DNA from: Myxococcota bacterium
GTDB lineage: Bacteria > Myxococcota_A > Bradymonadia > UBA7976 > UBA1532
Length of the DNA stretch: 64,000 bases
Direction: 5' to 3'
NCBI GenBank assembly: GCA_036337435.1
Contig: JAYZEG010000028.1
Coordinates: forward strand, 1 to 64,000
Part shown: piece after piece, positions 10,652-20,909 of the stretch
Layout: the number at the start of each line of letters is the position of its first letter
Position numbering within the stretch: the stretch's first letter is position 1
Translations under genes and position numbers: made by a program
The notes under the pieces: generated by a model
Told to the model about the DNA's origin: nothing
The model's input: only the letters and a program-made list of their open reading frames with translations
Databases searched by the model: none

Positions 10652-11583
10652 TGTCGTCGAGATCATTTGTCGCCGTTTTGCTCACCCTCTGTCTCCTGGC
10701 TGGCTGTTCAAAGGCACCGTCCGACATTGCATCGGTAACCCTGGTCGAGTATCGGGTCACCGATGGAACGCCCGGCACCACGAAGCCTATCGCCCTCGAT
10801 TTGGCTCGCTTCAGACAGGAGCAGGTCAAGCGTCTCGACACGAAGGGCATCGATTTAGATGCCCAGGCCGCATCAACGCGCTGGAGGTTGAAATGCCGGA
10901 CGCAGGCCGTTTATGGACAACTCAGTCCACAAGGCCTATCGGAAACGGTAAAATCCGGTCCGGCTGTTTTGGTCCTCCGGACTGAATTGTCTTTGAAACC
11001 TCCTGGGGCAGAGACGGCGATGCATCAATTTTGGGAGGAGCGCTTTGAATCAGAAACGGTCACGGGGGCGGTCGCACTGGAAAAAACCTTGCTCGGCTTA
11101 CTGGATAAAGGTGCTCAAGCTCAAGTCAATTGGATGGAAACTCGCTTGACGCTGTTGATCAAGGGTGAAACAGACCTGATCGGGGTCTTGAAAGATCCGC
11201 GTCCGGGGAACCGGCTCGCAGCCATCGAAAGGCTGTCAATGCTGCGTTCGAAAGCTGCTGTCCAACCCATGTTAGATGCGCTGGCCGTGGAAAAGAACCT
11301 TGCTGTAAGACAGCGAATGATCGGCGCGTTTGCAGAGATGGGGGATGAGCGTGCCGCGCGTGCTCTGATCAATATGGCGGACACGCGGCAACTTGATACA
11401 CTTCGTTCAATTCTGAATACGTTGTCCGTTATCGGCGGTGAGCGTGTCCTCGAATTTTTTGAGTTGCTGTCCATGCACGATGCGGCGGCCATCCGAGATA
11501 TGGTGTCTACCGCTCGCGCGCGGCTCGAACGGTCACGAAAAGCAGACAGTCGTAAGACGTCGACCGAAAGGGAAACACAGTGA
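10651..11583 (+). CDS. HEAT-repeat lipoprotein
   Basis: Lipobox LAGC; HEAT-like repeats RLAAIERL, VRQRMIGAFAEMGDERA. Confidence 0.75.
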   Translation: MSSRSFVAVLLTLCLLAGCSKAPSDIASVTLVEYRVTDGTPGTTKPIALDLARFRQEQVKRLDTKGIDLDAQAASTRWRLKCRTQAVYGQLSPQGLSETVKSGPAVLVLRTELSLKPPGAETAMHQFWEERFESETVTGAVALEKTLLGLLDKGAQAQVNWMETRLTLLIKGETDLIGVLKDPRPGNRLAAIERLSMLRSKAAVQPMLDALAVEKNLAVRQRMIGAFAEMGDERAARALINMADTRQLDTLRSILNTLSVIGGERVLEFFELLSMHDAAAIRDMVSTARARLERSRKADSRKTSTERETQ

Positions 11584-12230
11584 GCAGTGAGCAAAGTCGC
11601 TTCATTGTTATCGAAGGATTAGATGGTGCTGGGACCACGACCCAGGCACATAAATTGTCGGATTGGTTGACATCACATGGCTACAAAACTCATGTGACCG
11701 CAGAGCCCACCGATGGTCGAATCGGTCGAATCATCCGGCAAATATTACGCGGTGAATTTCTTGGTATCGATGAAAAAACGATGCCTCCCGAAAGCATTGC
11801 AGGCCTCTTCCTCGCCGACCGCGCTGACCATATTAACGGTGAAATCATGCCTTTACTTAAACAGGGTGTCTTCGTGATTTGCGATCGCTACTTGATGTCG
11901 AGTTTGGCCTATCAGGGTATTGAATGCGGCATCGAATGGGTTGCATCTGTGAATTCGACGATGATGACACCCGGTTTGACCTTGATGGTCGAAGTCGAAG
12001 CAGATATTGCTGCCAAACGCCGGGCTGCTCGGAACGATGAGGCCGAGTTGTACGAGATGACTGAGTTTCAAAGACAGGTTGCCCTGGGTTACCAACAGGC
12101 AGCTCTCCTCCGACCAAACGATAACATTGTGACCATTGACGGGTCGCGCTCGATCTCAGCTGTATTTGACGACATCACAAACGTCGTCGCACGGACGTAC
12201 CAAATCACTCATGAATCGAATCCCAACTAA
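11580..12230 (+). CDS. tmk: Thymidylate kinase
   Basis: FIVIEGLDGAGTTTQ P-loop, EPT, CDRYLMSSLAYQG. Confidence 0.93.
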   Translation: MSSEQSRFIVIEGLDGAGTTTQAHKLSDWLTSHGYKTHVTAEPTDGRIGRIIRQILRGEFLGIDEKTMPPESIAGLFLADRADHINGEIMPLLKQGVFVICDRYLMSSLAYQGIECGIEWVASVNSTMMTPGLTLMVEVEADIAAKRRAARNDEAELYEMTEFQRQVALGYQQAALLRPNDNIVTIDGSRSISAVFDDITNVVARTYQITHESNPN

Positions 12231-12239
12231 GGAGTCCTT

Positions 12240-12647
12240 TTGGTCATGGCAAAATTAATGCGATGTCTCATTCTTCTCGTGTTTGGCCTTTGCCTCATGG
12301 CAGCCAAAAAAACGACCATTATTGACGGGGTGTTGTCTCGCGCCGAAATACAAGGGGTTCTAGAGAAAGGGCCTCAAGCTATGGTGGCGAGTGTTCAGGT
12401 GGATCCGGTTATGATGAACGGACGCTTCGTGGGCTTCAAGTTGGTCTCGGCGAATGCTCACTCAGTGCTTGCAAGAAGTCGAACCGTGATGCTTGGAGAC
12501 GTATTGGTCGCCATCAATGGCCATGGGTTGGAGAGACCGGACCAATTCATGGCCGCCTGGGAGAGCATCGCGCAGACTCCACAGCTTTCAATCCGCGTTT
12601 TGCGTGGTGCGGAGTACATCGAATTCAGGTGGTCAATAACACCGTAG
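12240..12647 (+). CDS. PDZ-domain (GspC C-terminal-like) exported protein
   Basis: Signal peptide; G.FVGFKL...GDVLVAING...IRVLRG. Confidence 0.65.
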   Translation: MVMAKLMRCLILLVFGLCLMAAKKTTIIDGVLSRAEIQGVLEKGPQAMVASVQVDPVMMNGRFVGFKLVSANAHSVLARSRTVMLGDVLVAINGHGLERPDQFMAAWESIAQTPQLSIRVLRGAEYIEFRWSITP

Positions 12648-12654
12648 GCGGCAT

Positions 12655-13305
12655 ATGAATCAGTCAGCTGCGATCGCTGTTTTTGTATTTGGCGAGCTCG
12701 TTTTTGGTCTCTGGCCCATCTTGCGTTACGGATTCCCAGCCGAAGCGATTGCTCGCGCTGCGATTTTCATGGCCCCTTGGGTTTGGTGGTATGGCCATCG
12801 CAAAAACATCCCGCTGATCACGATTATGGTCGTTCCAACATTTTGGTTAGTCGGTACTGCCCACCTTCTAGTTGATGGCTTATCGGGCTTAGATGTTCTA
12901 GTGGCGACGCTTACGATGTCGGCCTACGTTCTCATCATGATGCTGTCCACGCCTCAATCAGTCACAACGATGCAAGCAGATGAGCCCATCGTATGGACGC
13001 CCACCGAACAGGTTCACGAGACGGTCACGACGGATGGTCGAATCATCACATCGATTTTTGTGATGCTATTGTGTTTAGCACCGCTCTACGCAGGTGATCT
13101 CTTGCTCACTGACGATGTTTTGGGCATCTGGTCGAACCAAGGCCATAGAGTACAAGCCTGCACAATTCTCTTACTGAGTCTTCAGGGAGCCTTCGCTGTG
13201 GACACCCTTCTGGATACCCACTTTTCAAGCCCTCGTCGGCATCGCGGACGTTGGCTTCTGGTGACCAGCGTATCCCTCACTTTAGGTGTCGCATGGAGCG
13301 TTTGA
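12655..13305 (+). CDS. Hypothetical integral membrane protein
   Basis: Several hydrophobic helices; in operon. Confidence 0.7.
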   Translation: MNQSAAIAVFVFGELVFGLWPILRYGFPAEAIARAAIFMAPWVWWYGHRKNIPLITIMVVPTFWLVGTAHLLVDGLSGLDVLVATLTMSAYVLIMMLSTPQSVTTMQADEPIVWTPTEQVHETVTTDGRIITSIFVMLLCLAPLYAGDLLLTDDVLGIWSNQGHRVQACTILLLSLQGAFAVDTLLDTHFSSPRRHRGRWLLVTSVSLTLGVAWSV

Positions 13306-13307
13306 AA

Positions 13308-13514
13308 ATGACCGAGAAATCCATTGGATTCGCTTGCATCCTCAGCTCTTTCCCCGCGAGTTTTTTCGGGTTGAGTAAGCTTTTCTCAGGGGCTTACGTA
13401 TCAGCTTTGTTTCTGCTCATTGGGGCCTTTGGGCTGATGGGACTTGGCAGACAGTATTTGTCTAATTATGATGCCGACGAAGCGTCTCTGCCTTCGAAAG
13501 AGAGTTTAAACTGA
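13308..13514 (+). CDS. Small two-TM membrane protein
   Basis: GGAG upstream of ATG 13308; two hydrophobic stretches. Confidence 0.55.
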   Translation: MTEKSIGFACILSSFPASFFGLSKLFSGAYVSALFLLIGAFGLMGLGRQYLSNYDADEASLPSKESLN

Positions 13515-14476
13515 AAGCTGGTAAAATCATTTTAGGTGCTGCACTTTTTCTCCTGGCGAGCAGTGTCATTGTCACTTACTTGGCCAACCCAAGTGGCGCG
13601 AAAAAGGTGGTTGTTGCGGATGTCAGATCTGAATTCGGTTCAATTCAGATCACGGAAGAGCGCCTGCTTCGATTCGCCCAATTGAGACCCGATAAATCGC
13701 TCTCGACACTCTTATCCGATCTGATCGAATTTGAATTGCTGGCCAGCAAGGCTCGCCAGGCTGGCTTTGAGACCGATGAGCATGTGATTAAGACGCGAGA
13801 TCAAATGATAGTCAGGAAATATCTCGAGTCGGACTTTGAACCCCTGTGGACCGCCGACACGATTCCGAGAAGTTACCTGGAATCATCTTATGCACGAAAC
13901 AAAAACGTATTTAATCATCCTGAGCTTCGAGAGGCGTCACACATTGTCATTACAAATGGGGGTAAGAGACCAACCGAAGCGGATGTCGATAAATCTAGTG
14001 CCGCGCTCGCAGATAAAATTTACAAGGATTTCCTAGCCAGGCCAGTCTTGGACATGGAGGCCTTTCTCACGCGCGCGAAAGCGTACGAGAAATCGGGGGA
14101 AGAGTTGGGAGTTCAGGTCCAAGGCCAGCGTCTTCGCCGGTTTGCCCGCAAGGGTAGATTCGCCAAGGACTTTACTGACCGAGTTTTTGCCCATACCGAG
14201 CCTAAAACCATTATTCCTCCCTTTGTCACTCAATTTGGATATCACGTTGTCTGGTTAGACGCCGCTATACCGGCTCGCACCCAAACACTGAATGATGTCA
14301 TCGACGAACTCAGACAAAAAATCGTACCCGAGGTTCGCATGCTCAAAATGCGAAGTTTTATCGATGAATTAGCAAAAAAGTATCCGCCGATATCAAACCT
14401 TCCCGGTCTCAGACGTTTGGCGAACCCGCAACCATTAGAACTGCTTGAGCTATCTACCGCAAAGCCTGTAGACTGA
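13511..14476 (+). CDS. Parvulin/PpiC-type peptidyl-prolyl isomerase with N-terminal membrane anchor (probable CTG start)
   Basis: ASHIVI and PFVTQFGYHVV motifs; frame open back to CTG 13511, adding a TM helix. Confidence 0.8.
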   Translation: MKAGKIILGAALFLLASSVIVTYLANPSGAKKVVVADVRSEFGSIQITEERLLRFAQLRPDKSLSTLLSDLIEFELLASKARQAGFETDEHVIKTRDQMIVRKYLESDFEPLWTADTIPRSYLESSYARNKNVFNHPELREASHIVITNGGKRPTEADVDKSSAALADKIYKDFLARPVLDMEAFLTRAKAYEKSGEELGVQVQGQRLRRFARKGRFAKDFTDRVFAHTEPKTIIPPFVTQFGYHVVWLDAAIPARTQTLNDVIDELRQKIVPEVRMLKMRSFIDELAKKYPPISNLPGLRRLANPQPLELLELSTAKPVD

Positions 14477-14542
14477 TGCCGGTGGGCGGATAAGTCGGGG
14501 GGGCTTATGTTGACGTGTCTCAATACTGAGGAGTACACACTG

Positions 14543-16120
14543 ATGTTGCGCCGAATCTTTTTCTGTCTCATACCCTTGTCTTTATGGACTGTTCCTGCGC
14601 TTGGTGCCGACATCGTAACGGGCGCATCACCGAGTGTTCATAGCGTCGGTAGTCAAGCCCGGATATGGATCACAGGTCGCGGATTCCAGTCGGGTGCCAT
14701 GGTCACCATTTCGGGGCCGGGAATTACCCAAAATGAAGCACCACAAGTCATTCTTGAGGCTGAGCGTGTTGACGGTGGACGGGGCGATGGAATCATTTAC
14801 GGTTTCAGTGTGGCTCAAGATGCTCAGATAGGCAGTCGCAATATTACCGTCAGTGATTCCGGTGGCACAGCGACAGGAATGGGGTTTATTCAGATTACAG
14901 CCGCCGAGCCTATGAACCCCGGTAACAACAATAATAATAACAACCCGAACCCAAACCCTCAGCAACAGCAACCCAGTAACAATCGGGTCGACAGAGTGAC
15001 TCGAGCGAGTCCGCCTGCAGCTGAGCAAGGAAGCCAAGTAAACTTATGGATTGTGGGTCGAGGCTTTGCGCCGGGTGCTCAGGTCTCTTTCAGCCTGCCA
15101 GGCATAGGACCGGTGCTCCGGAATGAGCAACCCATCCCGATCAAGGTTTTTCCAAATGCGGAAAGCGAGGGGGGGATGTCCGATGGCTTGCAATATTTTG
15201 TCACCGTCGGCGTTCCACCTGAGACACCCGTCGGCCTCGTTGATATCACTGTGACCAATCCCAATGGGTCATCGGCGACGGGTCGTCAATTGCTTGAAAT
15301 TGTTGCTCCGGGTTCTCAGCCCAGGCCACGACCTGGACAGGGTAATCTGGATGCAATCACCGGTGCATCACCTCGGGCTGCGTTTGTCGGTCGTCCAGTT
15401 GCGATGTGGATTTGGGGACAGGGGATCGCTGAAGGAGCCCAGATCAGTTTTGATAACCCAGGCGTGCGTTCTTTTCGCCCGTCAGAGGTGGTGGAGAACA
15501 GTCAGAGCCATCCCGGCTATTCTGGCATGCGAAATTTTCTAGAGATCGATCCGTCGGCACAGCCGGGGCCGGTCACAGTGACAATCACGAATCCCAATGG
15601 AACCCGACAGATTGCACCAGGACTATTTCAGCTTCTCGCCAATGATGGAGCACCGCCTCCACAAGAAGAATACCAGGGCGAATGTCCTGACTTGGTCACC
15701 AGCATTGCAGGGATTGTAGACGTCAACCCAAAACGCTGGTTTCGAGATTCAAGTATTCGACTCACAGTCTCCGGCCAAGCCTTCGCGTGCGGGGCCCAAA
15801 TCGTCATTCCGGGAGGTGGTTTACGCGCGACGTCGAGGCCGCGTTTTTACCGCAATCCAACAAATCCGTTTGAAACCAGTTTAGAGTGGGACATTGAGAT
15901 CGGTCCGAATGCGCGTATGGGAGCTCGAGACATTACGGTGATAAATCCCAATAATACCTCCAAAACCGCGACAAGTGCCGTAGAAATTGAAGAGAACCCT
16001 GATAGTGATGCCATTCATTGCCAGTCGCTCAATTCGGGCTATCCAGGCCCATTATCCGGTTTTCTACTGATACTCTCAATGGCTGTTTTACGTCGCCGCC
16101 GAGTTCGCACGAGTCGCTGA
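14543..16120 (+). CDS. Surface protein with four IPT/TIG-like repeats and a MYXO-CTERM-like sorting signal
   Basis: Repeated ASP...V.LWI.G.G...GAQ...ITVTNPNG; poly-N/Q linker; C-terminal Cys, then a TM helix, then RRRR. Confidence 0.75.
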   Translation: MLRRIFFCLIPLSLWTVPALGADIVTGASPSVHSVGSQARIWITGRGFQSGAMVTISGPGITQNEAPQVILEAERVDGGRGDGIIYGFSVAQDAQIGSRNITVSDSGGTATGMGFIQITAAEPMNPGNNNNNNNPNPNPQQQQPSNNRVDRVTRASPPAAEQGSQVNLWIVGRGFAPGAQVSFSLPGIGPVLRNEQPIPIKVFPNAESEGGMSDGLQYFVTVGVPPETPVGLVDITVTNPNGSSATGRQLLEIVAPGSQPRPRPGQGNLDAITGASPRAAFVGRPVAMWIWGQGIAEGAQISFDNPGVRSFRPSEVVENSQSHPGYSGMRNFLEIDPSAQPGPVTVTITNPNGTRQIAPGLFQLLANDGAPPPQEEYQGECPDLVTSIAGIVDVNPKRWFRDSSIRLTVSGQAFACGAQIVIPGGGLRATSRPRFYRNPTNPFETSLEWDIEIGPNARMGARDITVINPNNTSKTATSAVEIEENPDSDAIHCQSLNSGYPGPLSGFLLILSMAVLRRRRVRTSR

Positions 16121-16238
16121 TTAATGCGTGAATCCGGGTGCTCTCGGGACACCTCTTGAGTAGGACATGAAAAGGTCCGCGCAGGATTTGGACTCTGGGT
16201 CGGTCTAGACGCCAAGGCATGAGGAGACGCTGTACATA

Positions 16239-17660
16239 ATGAGCATGAATCGTGACAAATTACCGAAAGTGAGTGAGCGCTATCGGCTATTGAAGATGAT
16301 AGGCGAAGGTGGGCTGGGTCAAGTCTGGTCCGGTGAGCAGTCGGCCACCGTGCGTCCCGTTGCTATTAAAATTTACTCAGGCCTAGAGCGACTTGTCAGC
16401 GAAACATCCCGCGATGCATCAATCCAAGCACTGGAGCGAGGGCTTCGACGTCAAGCTCAACTCCAAAGTCCGTTCGTTCTTGATGTATTGGATATGAGCA
16501 TGAATGCTAAGCCGGCATATGCCGTATTCGAGCTATCTAATGGAGGAAGCTTGCGGCAATGTCTCCAATCTGGGGCACTTGAAACGAAGTTTGCACTGAC
16601 CGTATTTAGTCAAATCCTCCACGGGCTTCAGTCTGCCCATACGATTGGGCTCATCCACGAGGACTTAAAGCCGGAGAACATTTTGTTTGATGACTCTGGC
16701 AATGTTCGCATGAGCGATTTCGGGCTGAACTCAGCAATTGAATCGAGTCAATCCATTCACTTCGGGCGATATGTTGATTTTGGTTCACTGGGTTACATGG
16801 CACCAGAATTAATGAGACGGAACCCGCGATGGACCCATGCGACCGACGTATATGCGCTGGGTATTCTACTCTATGAAATGTTGGTTGGCCGGTGTCCGGG
16901 CCGCCGTGCCCCCCTACCCAGCGAGGTTGTCGATGGATTGCCGACCGTTCTTGATGAACTGTTCGTGTCCATGACGCATGATGACCACGAGCAGAGGCTC
17001 GTTGATCTGGACTCGATTCTAGAAAAATTAAGTGACGCCAAAGGGTTACCCATTGATGTTAATCAATCGTCGGCCCATGTCTTCACGCAACCACCTGTGC
17101 CTTTGCCTGGCTTGAGCTCGACACCGCTGCCAAGCACCGCGGTCTTAGAAGACGTGTCTGAGTCGCTCGAGTCGTCAGCTGGACAGCCTGACTGGCCCTC
17201 GCCGGCCGGTCAAATGCGTGCCGAGCAAGACGCTTCGCCCGTTGAATCAACTCGGTTGCTCGATATACCCGAGGGCGTTGAAAAGAGTCAGTATGCAGCG
17301 CAAACTGGCCCAGAAAATGTGCCAACGGCTGTCCCCATTAAGGTAACGCGGCGACCCAGATCTGCGTCTGGCCTGAACCGGCGTGTCCAGGTGGAGGGAT
17401 CATCACGTGAGTCGAGTGATCGGAAGGATGTTTCACAAGGTATCGAGGAAACCGAAAATAGGTCCGTCAAGACGGATGCTGACGAGGTTAATACCCAGAC
17501 AACTGGGCCTTCTCGTGGGACTGCTGGGGAAGAGGCTGTCACACGGCCGGCGCAGGGGTCCATACCGTCGCCTGTGGCTGCAGACACATCGATGCACGAT
17601 TTTGAGGGGCGAAGGGACTCTATAAACACCGTGGTGACTAAAGTTGATGGCAAGCCCTAG
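16239..17660 (+). CDS. Hanks-type Ser/Thr protein kinase with disordered C-tail
   Basis: IGEGGLGQV, VAIK, HEDLKPEN, DFG, YMAPE, DVYALG. Confidence 0.9.
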   Translation: MSMNRDKLPKVSERYRLLKMIGEGGLGQVWSGEQSATVRPVAIKIYSGLERLVSETSRDASIQALERGLRRQAQLQSPFVLDVLDMSMNAKPAYAVFELSNGGSLRQCLQSGALETKFALTVFSQILHGLQSAHTIGLIHEDLKPENILFDDSGNVRMSDFGLNSAIESSQSIHFGRYVDFGSLGYMAPELMRRNPRWTHATDVYALGILLYEMLVGRCPGRRAPLPSEVVDGLPTVLDELFVSMTHDDHEQRLVDLDSILEKLSDAKGLPIDVNQSSAHVFTQPPVPLPGLSSTPLPSTAVLEDVSESLESSAGQPDWPSPAGQMRAEQDASPVESTRLLDIPEGVEKSQYAAQTGPENVPTAVPIKVTRRPRSASGLNRRVQVEGSSRESSDRKDVSQGIEETENRSVKTDADEVNTQTTGPSRGTAGEEAVTRPAQGSIPSPVAADTSMHDFEGRRDSINTVVTKVDGKP

Positions 17661-17672
17661 GTGCGTCTCGTC

Positions 17673-19958
17673 TCAGAGAGATTGCTTGACCTTCTTAGCA
17701 AGCGCCGAAAGTTCCGAGTCTTTCTCTTTAGTCAAGTAGGTCTCAAGAAACGGGTTGGCTTCTTTTTTGCCGAGCTTTTCGATGGCTTTGAGGGCGGCTT
17801 TACGGATGACTTTATCCTCGTCCTCCAGTTGACCCACAATCGGTGTCACTGCGGACACATGTCCGGTGTCAGCCATAGCATCCAAGGTCGCGATTCGGAC
17901 TGGGATCAGTGGGTCTTGCAGCAGAGCACCGAGTGCGGTCACCGTACGTGCATCTTTGACTAGGCGAAGTCCCCGAACGGCCGCCAGACGAACTTGGCCA
18001 TCGCTATCGAATAGACGGTTACCGAAAAGAGAGAGCAGGGGTTTGCGCTGTTTTAATGTACCGCCGATCAGCACCAAGGCTTGGGTTGCTGCACGCCTCA
18101 CAACGACAGATTTATGATTCATCTGTTCACTGATCGGTGTCGTTGCTTCTCGAATCTTGAGACGACCAAGTGAGTCGGCTGCGTTTGCAATCACTTTGGG
18201 GTCTTCCGCACCGATATGCTTCAGCAAGAGCGATGTTGTTTTGGGGCCCGGAAATGCCCCGAGTGCTGCAGCGACCGCGCGGGTTACTTCGATGGATGAA
18301 TCAGCTGCTAGACTCATGATATCACTGCGAATGTCTTCGCCTCCCATGATGCCCAAGCTCCTCACGGAAGCAGCCCGAATATTTGCATCTGAACTCTTCG
18401 CAAGGCTCCTCAATGACGCAAGAATTTTTTTACGGGAACGCTTCCCTTTTCCTGATTTGACAAAATCTCCAAGCGTCGAAACTGCAAGACGCTTCAGAAT
18501 GCCCTTATTGGTCTTTGTCGCCTTCATGACATAATCGAGGCTCTGCTTGGCAAATATCTTTCGGATCGCTTCTCGGATGGTCTCGCCAGATTCTGGGTCA
18601 CTGATATCGCCCTTCGCCAAATGCCCCAACCCATCGACCTTCCCTAGTTTTGCCAGAGAATTGGCCGCCGCTCTACGGACCGCCGACTCTTTATGTCGCA
18701 GGGCTGAACCAAGGGTCTTGTAGGACTTCGTCTTATCGAAACTCCCGAGCTTGCGCGTGGCGGTAAGTGAATCTTCATCTTTTCCATAAGCTGATATGAA
18801 GCAGATGGCCTCAAAGACACTGTTCTTGTCAGCACCCTTCGCTAATGCTTGCGCAATTTCGAGCCGGATCTCCTTGCTCACGCGAGACCCATTCAATTCG
18901 TTGACCAACGCGGCGTAGTCTCCTCGTTCAGCGAGACTGTCCAAGACAGTTGCTCTGACTCTATGATCCTCATGGGTAATCATGTCTAATAGCTGTTTAC
19001 TGGCCTCGCTCAATTTGGAGGACCCCAGTGCTTTGGCTGCTGCCATGACAATCTCTGGATCTTTGCTTTTCAAAGCATGGTATTGGGCAGCGGCCGCAAA
19101 TTGTGGGTCTGACGAACTGGACAAAATCCCTGCGGCGAGGTCTTTGAGTGCAGGATCGGGGTCATCGTCAACGACACTTCTCAACGCTTTGTTGACCTGA
19201 GGCATATCCACCCCCTTTAAACCTTCGATGGCCAGTTTTCGCAGGGCGGTATTGGCACTTTGCAAAAGTGGGATCAGTCTGTCGTTGAGGCCGTCAAGTT
19301 TAAGGAAAATCGCAGCCTTAGTCGCGGCAATGGCCGAGGCGTCGCCCTTCTTTAAGTAGCTCCACAACGCATTGAGTAGGGCTTTATCACCCTTCCGTAA
19401 CCTGTCGATTGCGAGCTCACTCGCCATCGACTGTCCATCGGGCAGGGTGACCGTCGCTGCGTTGAAGTTCGCAGGTGGTAAAGCTTGCCACAGCGGGATT
19501 GTCAAAATGTACGCGGCGAACGGGACATCGTCCCGAACCATGCCCGCTGGCTTGACCTCTGGAAAAATAACTCGCTTGGCACCATTTTCTGTAAACGTGT
19601 AGACCGTTTCGGCCATGACAATTGGGTGATAGCTTGCTTTTGACTTGTCGAGCCAAACATAGACGACAGGGTTGGTTTTGTAATCTTTCTGGAAGGCCAG
19701 TCGTGCATTACCGTAAGTGCCTTGTTTCGCAGTAACGAGCAAGCGCATTAGCTTCCGGGTTTTTTCGGCAAAATCGCCTTTCGCTAATCGCGTTGGCGTG
19801 GGAACGAGCACGTATCGCACCGGTTCAACGCGGGACCACTTTTGGTAGCTGTATCTCACGGTTTGCATCATCGTTTCGGCGTCCGCCGCTTTAATGTCGG
19901 ACAGGCTGACGACGCCGACCAAACTAAAAAATACACAAATCATTCCGATGCGACTCAT
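17673..19958 (-). CDS. Exported HEAT-repeat protein
   Basis: Signal peptide plus many VRRAAA.L/VRLAAV.GL HEAT repeats. Confidence 0.85.
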   Translation of the reverse strand: MSRIGMICVFFSLVGVVSLSDIKAADAETMMQTVRYSYQKWSRVEPVRYVLVPTPTRLAKGDFAEKTRKLMRLLVTAKQGTYGNARLAFQKDYKTNPVVYVWLDKSKASYHPIVMAETVYTFTENGAKRVIFPEVKPAGMVRDDVPFAAYILTIPLWQALPPANFNAATVTLPDGQSMASELAIDRLRKGDKALLNALWSYLKKGDASAIAATKAAIFLKLDGLNDRLIPLLQSANTALRKLAIEGLKGVDMPQVNKALRSVVDDDPDPALKDLAAGILSSSSDPQFAAAAQYHALKSKDPEIVMAAAKALGSSKLSEASKQLLDMITHEDHRVRATVLDSLAERGDYAALVNELNGSRVSKEIRLEIAQALAKGADKNSVFEAICFISAYGKDEDSLTATRKLGSFDKTKSYKTLGSALRHKESAVRRAAANSLAKLGKVDGLGHLAKGDISDPESGETIREAIRKIFAKQSLDYVMKATKTNKGILKRLAVSTLGDFVKSGKGKRSRKKILASLRSLAKSSDANIRAASVRSLGIMGGEDIRSDIMSLAADSSIEVTRAVAAALGAFPGPKTTSLLLKHIGAEDPKVIANAADSLGRLKIREATTPISEQMNHKSVVVRRAATQALVLIGGTLKQRKPLLSLFGNRLFDSDGQVRLAAVRGLRLVKDARTVTALGALLQDPLIPVRIATLDAMADTGHVSAVTPIVGQLEDEDKVIRKAALKAIEKLGKKEANPFLETYLTKEKDSELSALAKKVKQSL

Positions 19959-20342
19959 TTATCGGTCTCCAAATCGGTTGTTTAAAGGCATCTGCTCGCT
20001 CTGACCCGCGGCCAAATCGACGATGGATAGTGAGGATAACAGCAGCTGCCTAGTGGACAAAATTGGTGGCCAATCTATTTGAAAAAGGCCGACTATGTGA
20101 AGTGCAACAGGTTTCACCCTAATTGCCATTCCATGACCAATCCCGATTTTCGAATGATTGGTTTGCAGGCCGCAGGTTGCCAACTGCTTATTTGCTGATT
20201 ACTGTTGTGAGGCGACCATGTATTGTCATCGAACGCCTCAGATGAGCTGTGAGCGGCGCGTACAATCGGTTGGGGTCGAGACCCAAGCTCGAGGGTGCCT
20301 GAGGCACCTGCAATCGAGCCAATCCGCCGGAGTGTTAGGACG

Positions 20343-20909
20343 TTGAGCAGTAACTTTCGATTATCGGGCTATCAACGACGCATCGCACGCACAGTGGTCG
20401 ACGCAATGGTGCCGAGGTGGACAAACTTTGGGCGCGAATTAACACCTGATGTATTGGACGGCGTTGAGAACATGATTCGGAATTACCCCGCCTTCGTGCG
20501 GTTTGGAATCAGGCTTATGCTGCTGTTTGTCGAATTCGGGGGGCCCCTTACATTGACTGGCATCGTCCCCTTATCCTTCCTGAGTCGACGTAAGGTGACC
20601 ATAAGATTGGAACGACTCTCCAATCATCGCTTTGCAACCGTTCGCAACGTTCCCAAATTTTTGAAGATTCTAGTCTGTTTCAACGCCTACAGTCGCCAAG
20701 ATGTCGAAGCGTATTTGGGTGCGGATCGGCGCATTTGGCGAAAGCAAAGAGTTGAGTTTCGCGACAGGCTTGTCCAGTTGGATGAGAGTCGAGACAGGCC
20801 ACCGACGCCCCATGCTCTAGGTACCTATGGTACCGTATCGACCGAGAGCTATCTCGATGAAAATCGGCGAGGCGCAGCGACCCTTAACGAGCAAAGGGCT
20901 GACTCTTGA
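20343..20909 (+). CDS. Small partner protein of the GMC oxidoreductase (start uncertain)
   Basis: AGGA before TTG 20343; TTGA overlap with the GMC gene; resembles helical GMC accessory subunits. Confidence 0.55.
   Translation: MSSNFRLSGYQRRIARTVVDAMVPRWTNFGRELTPDVLDGVENMIRNYPAFVRFGIRLMLLFVEFGGPLTLTGIVPLSFLSRRKVTIRLERLSNHRFATVRNVPKFLKILVCFNAYSRQDVEAYLGADRRIWRKQRVEFRDRLVQLDESRDRPPTPHALGTYGTVSTESYLDENRRGAATLNEQRADS

Noticed and set aside
14920..14982. AAC/AAT/CAA simple repeat as a phase-variation tract
   Set aside because: Imperfect in-frame trinucleotide run encoding an Asn/Pro/Gln linker
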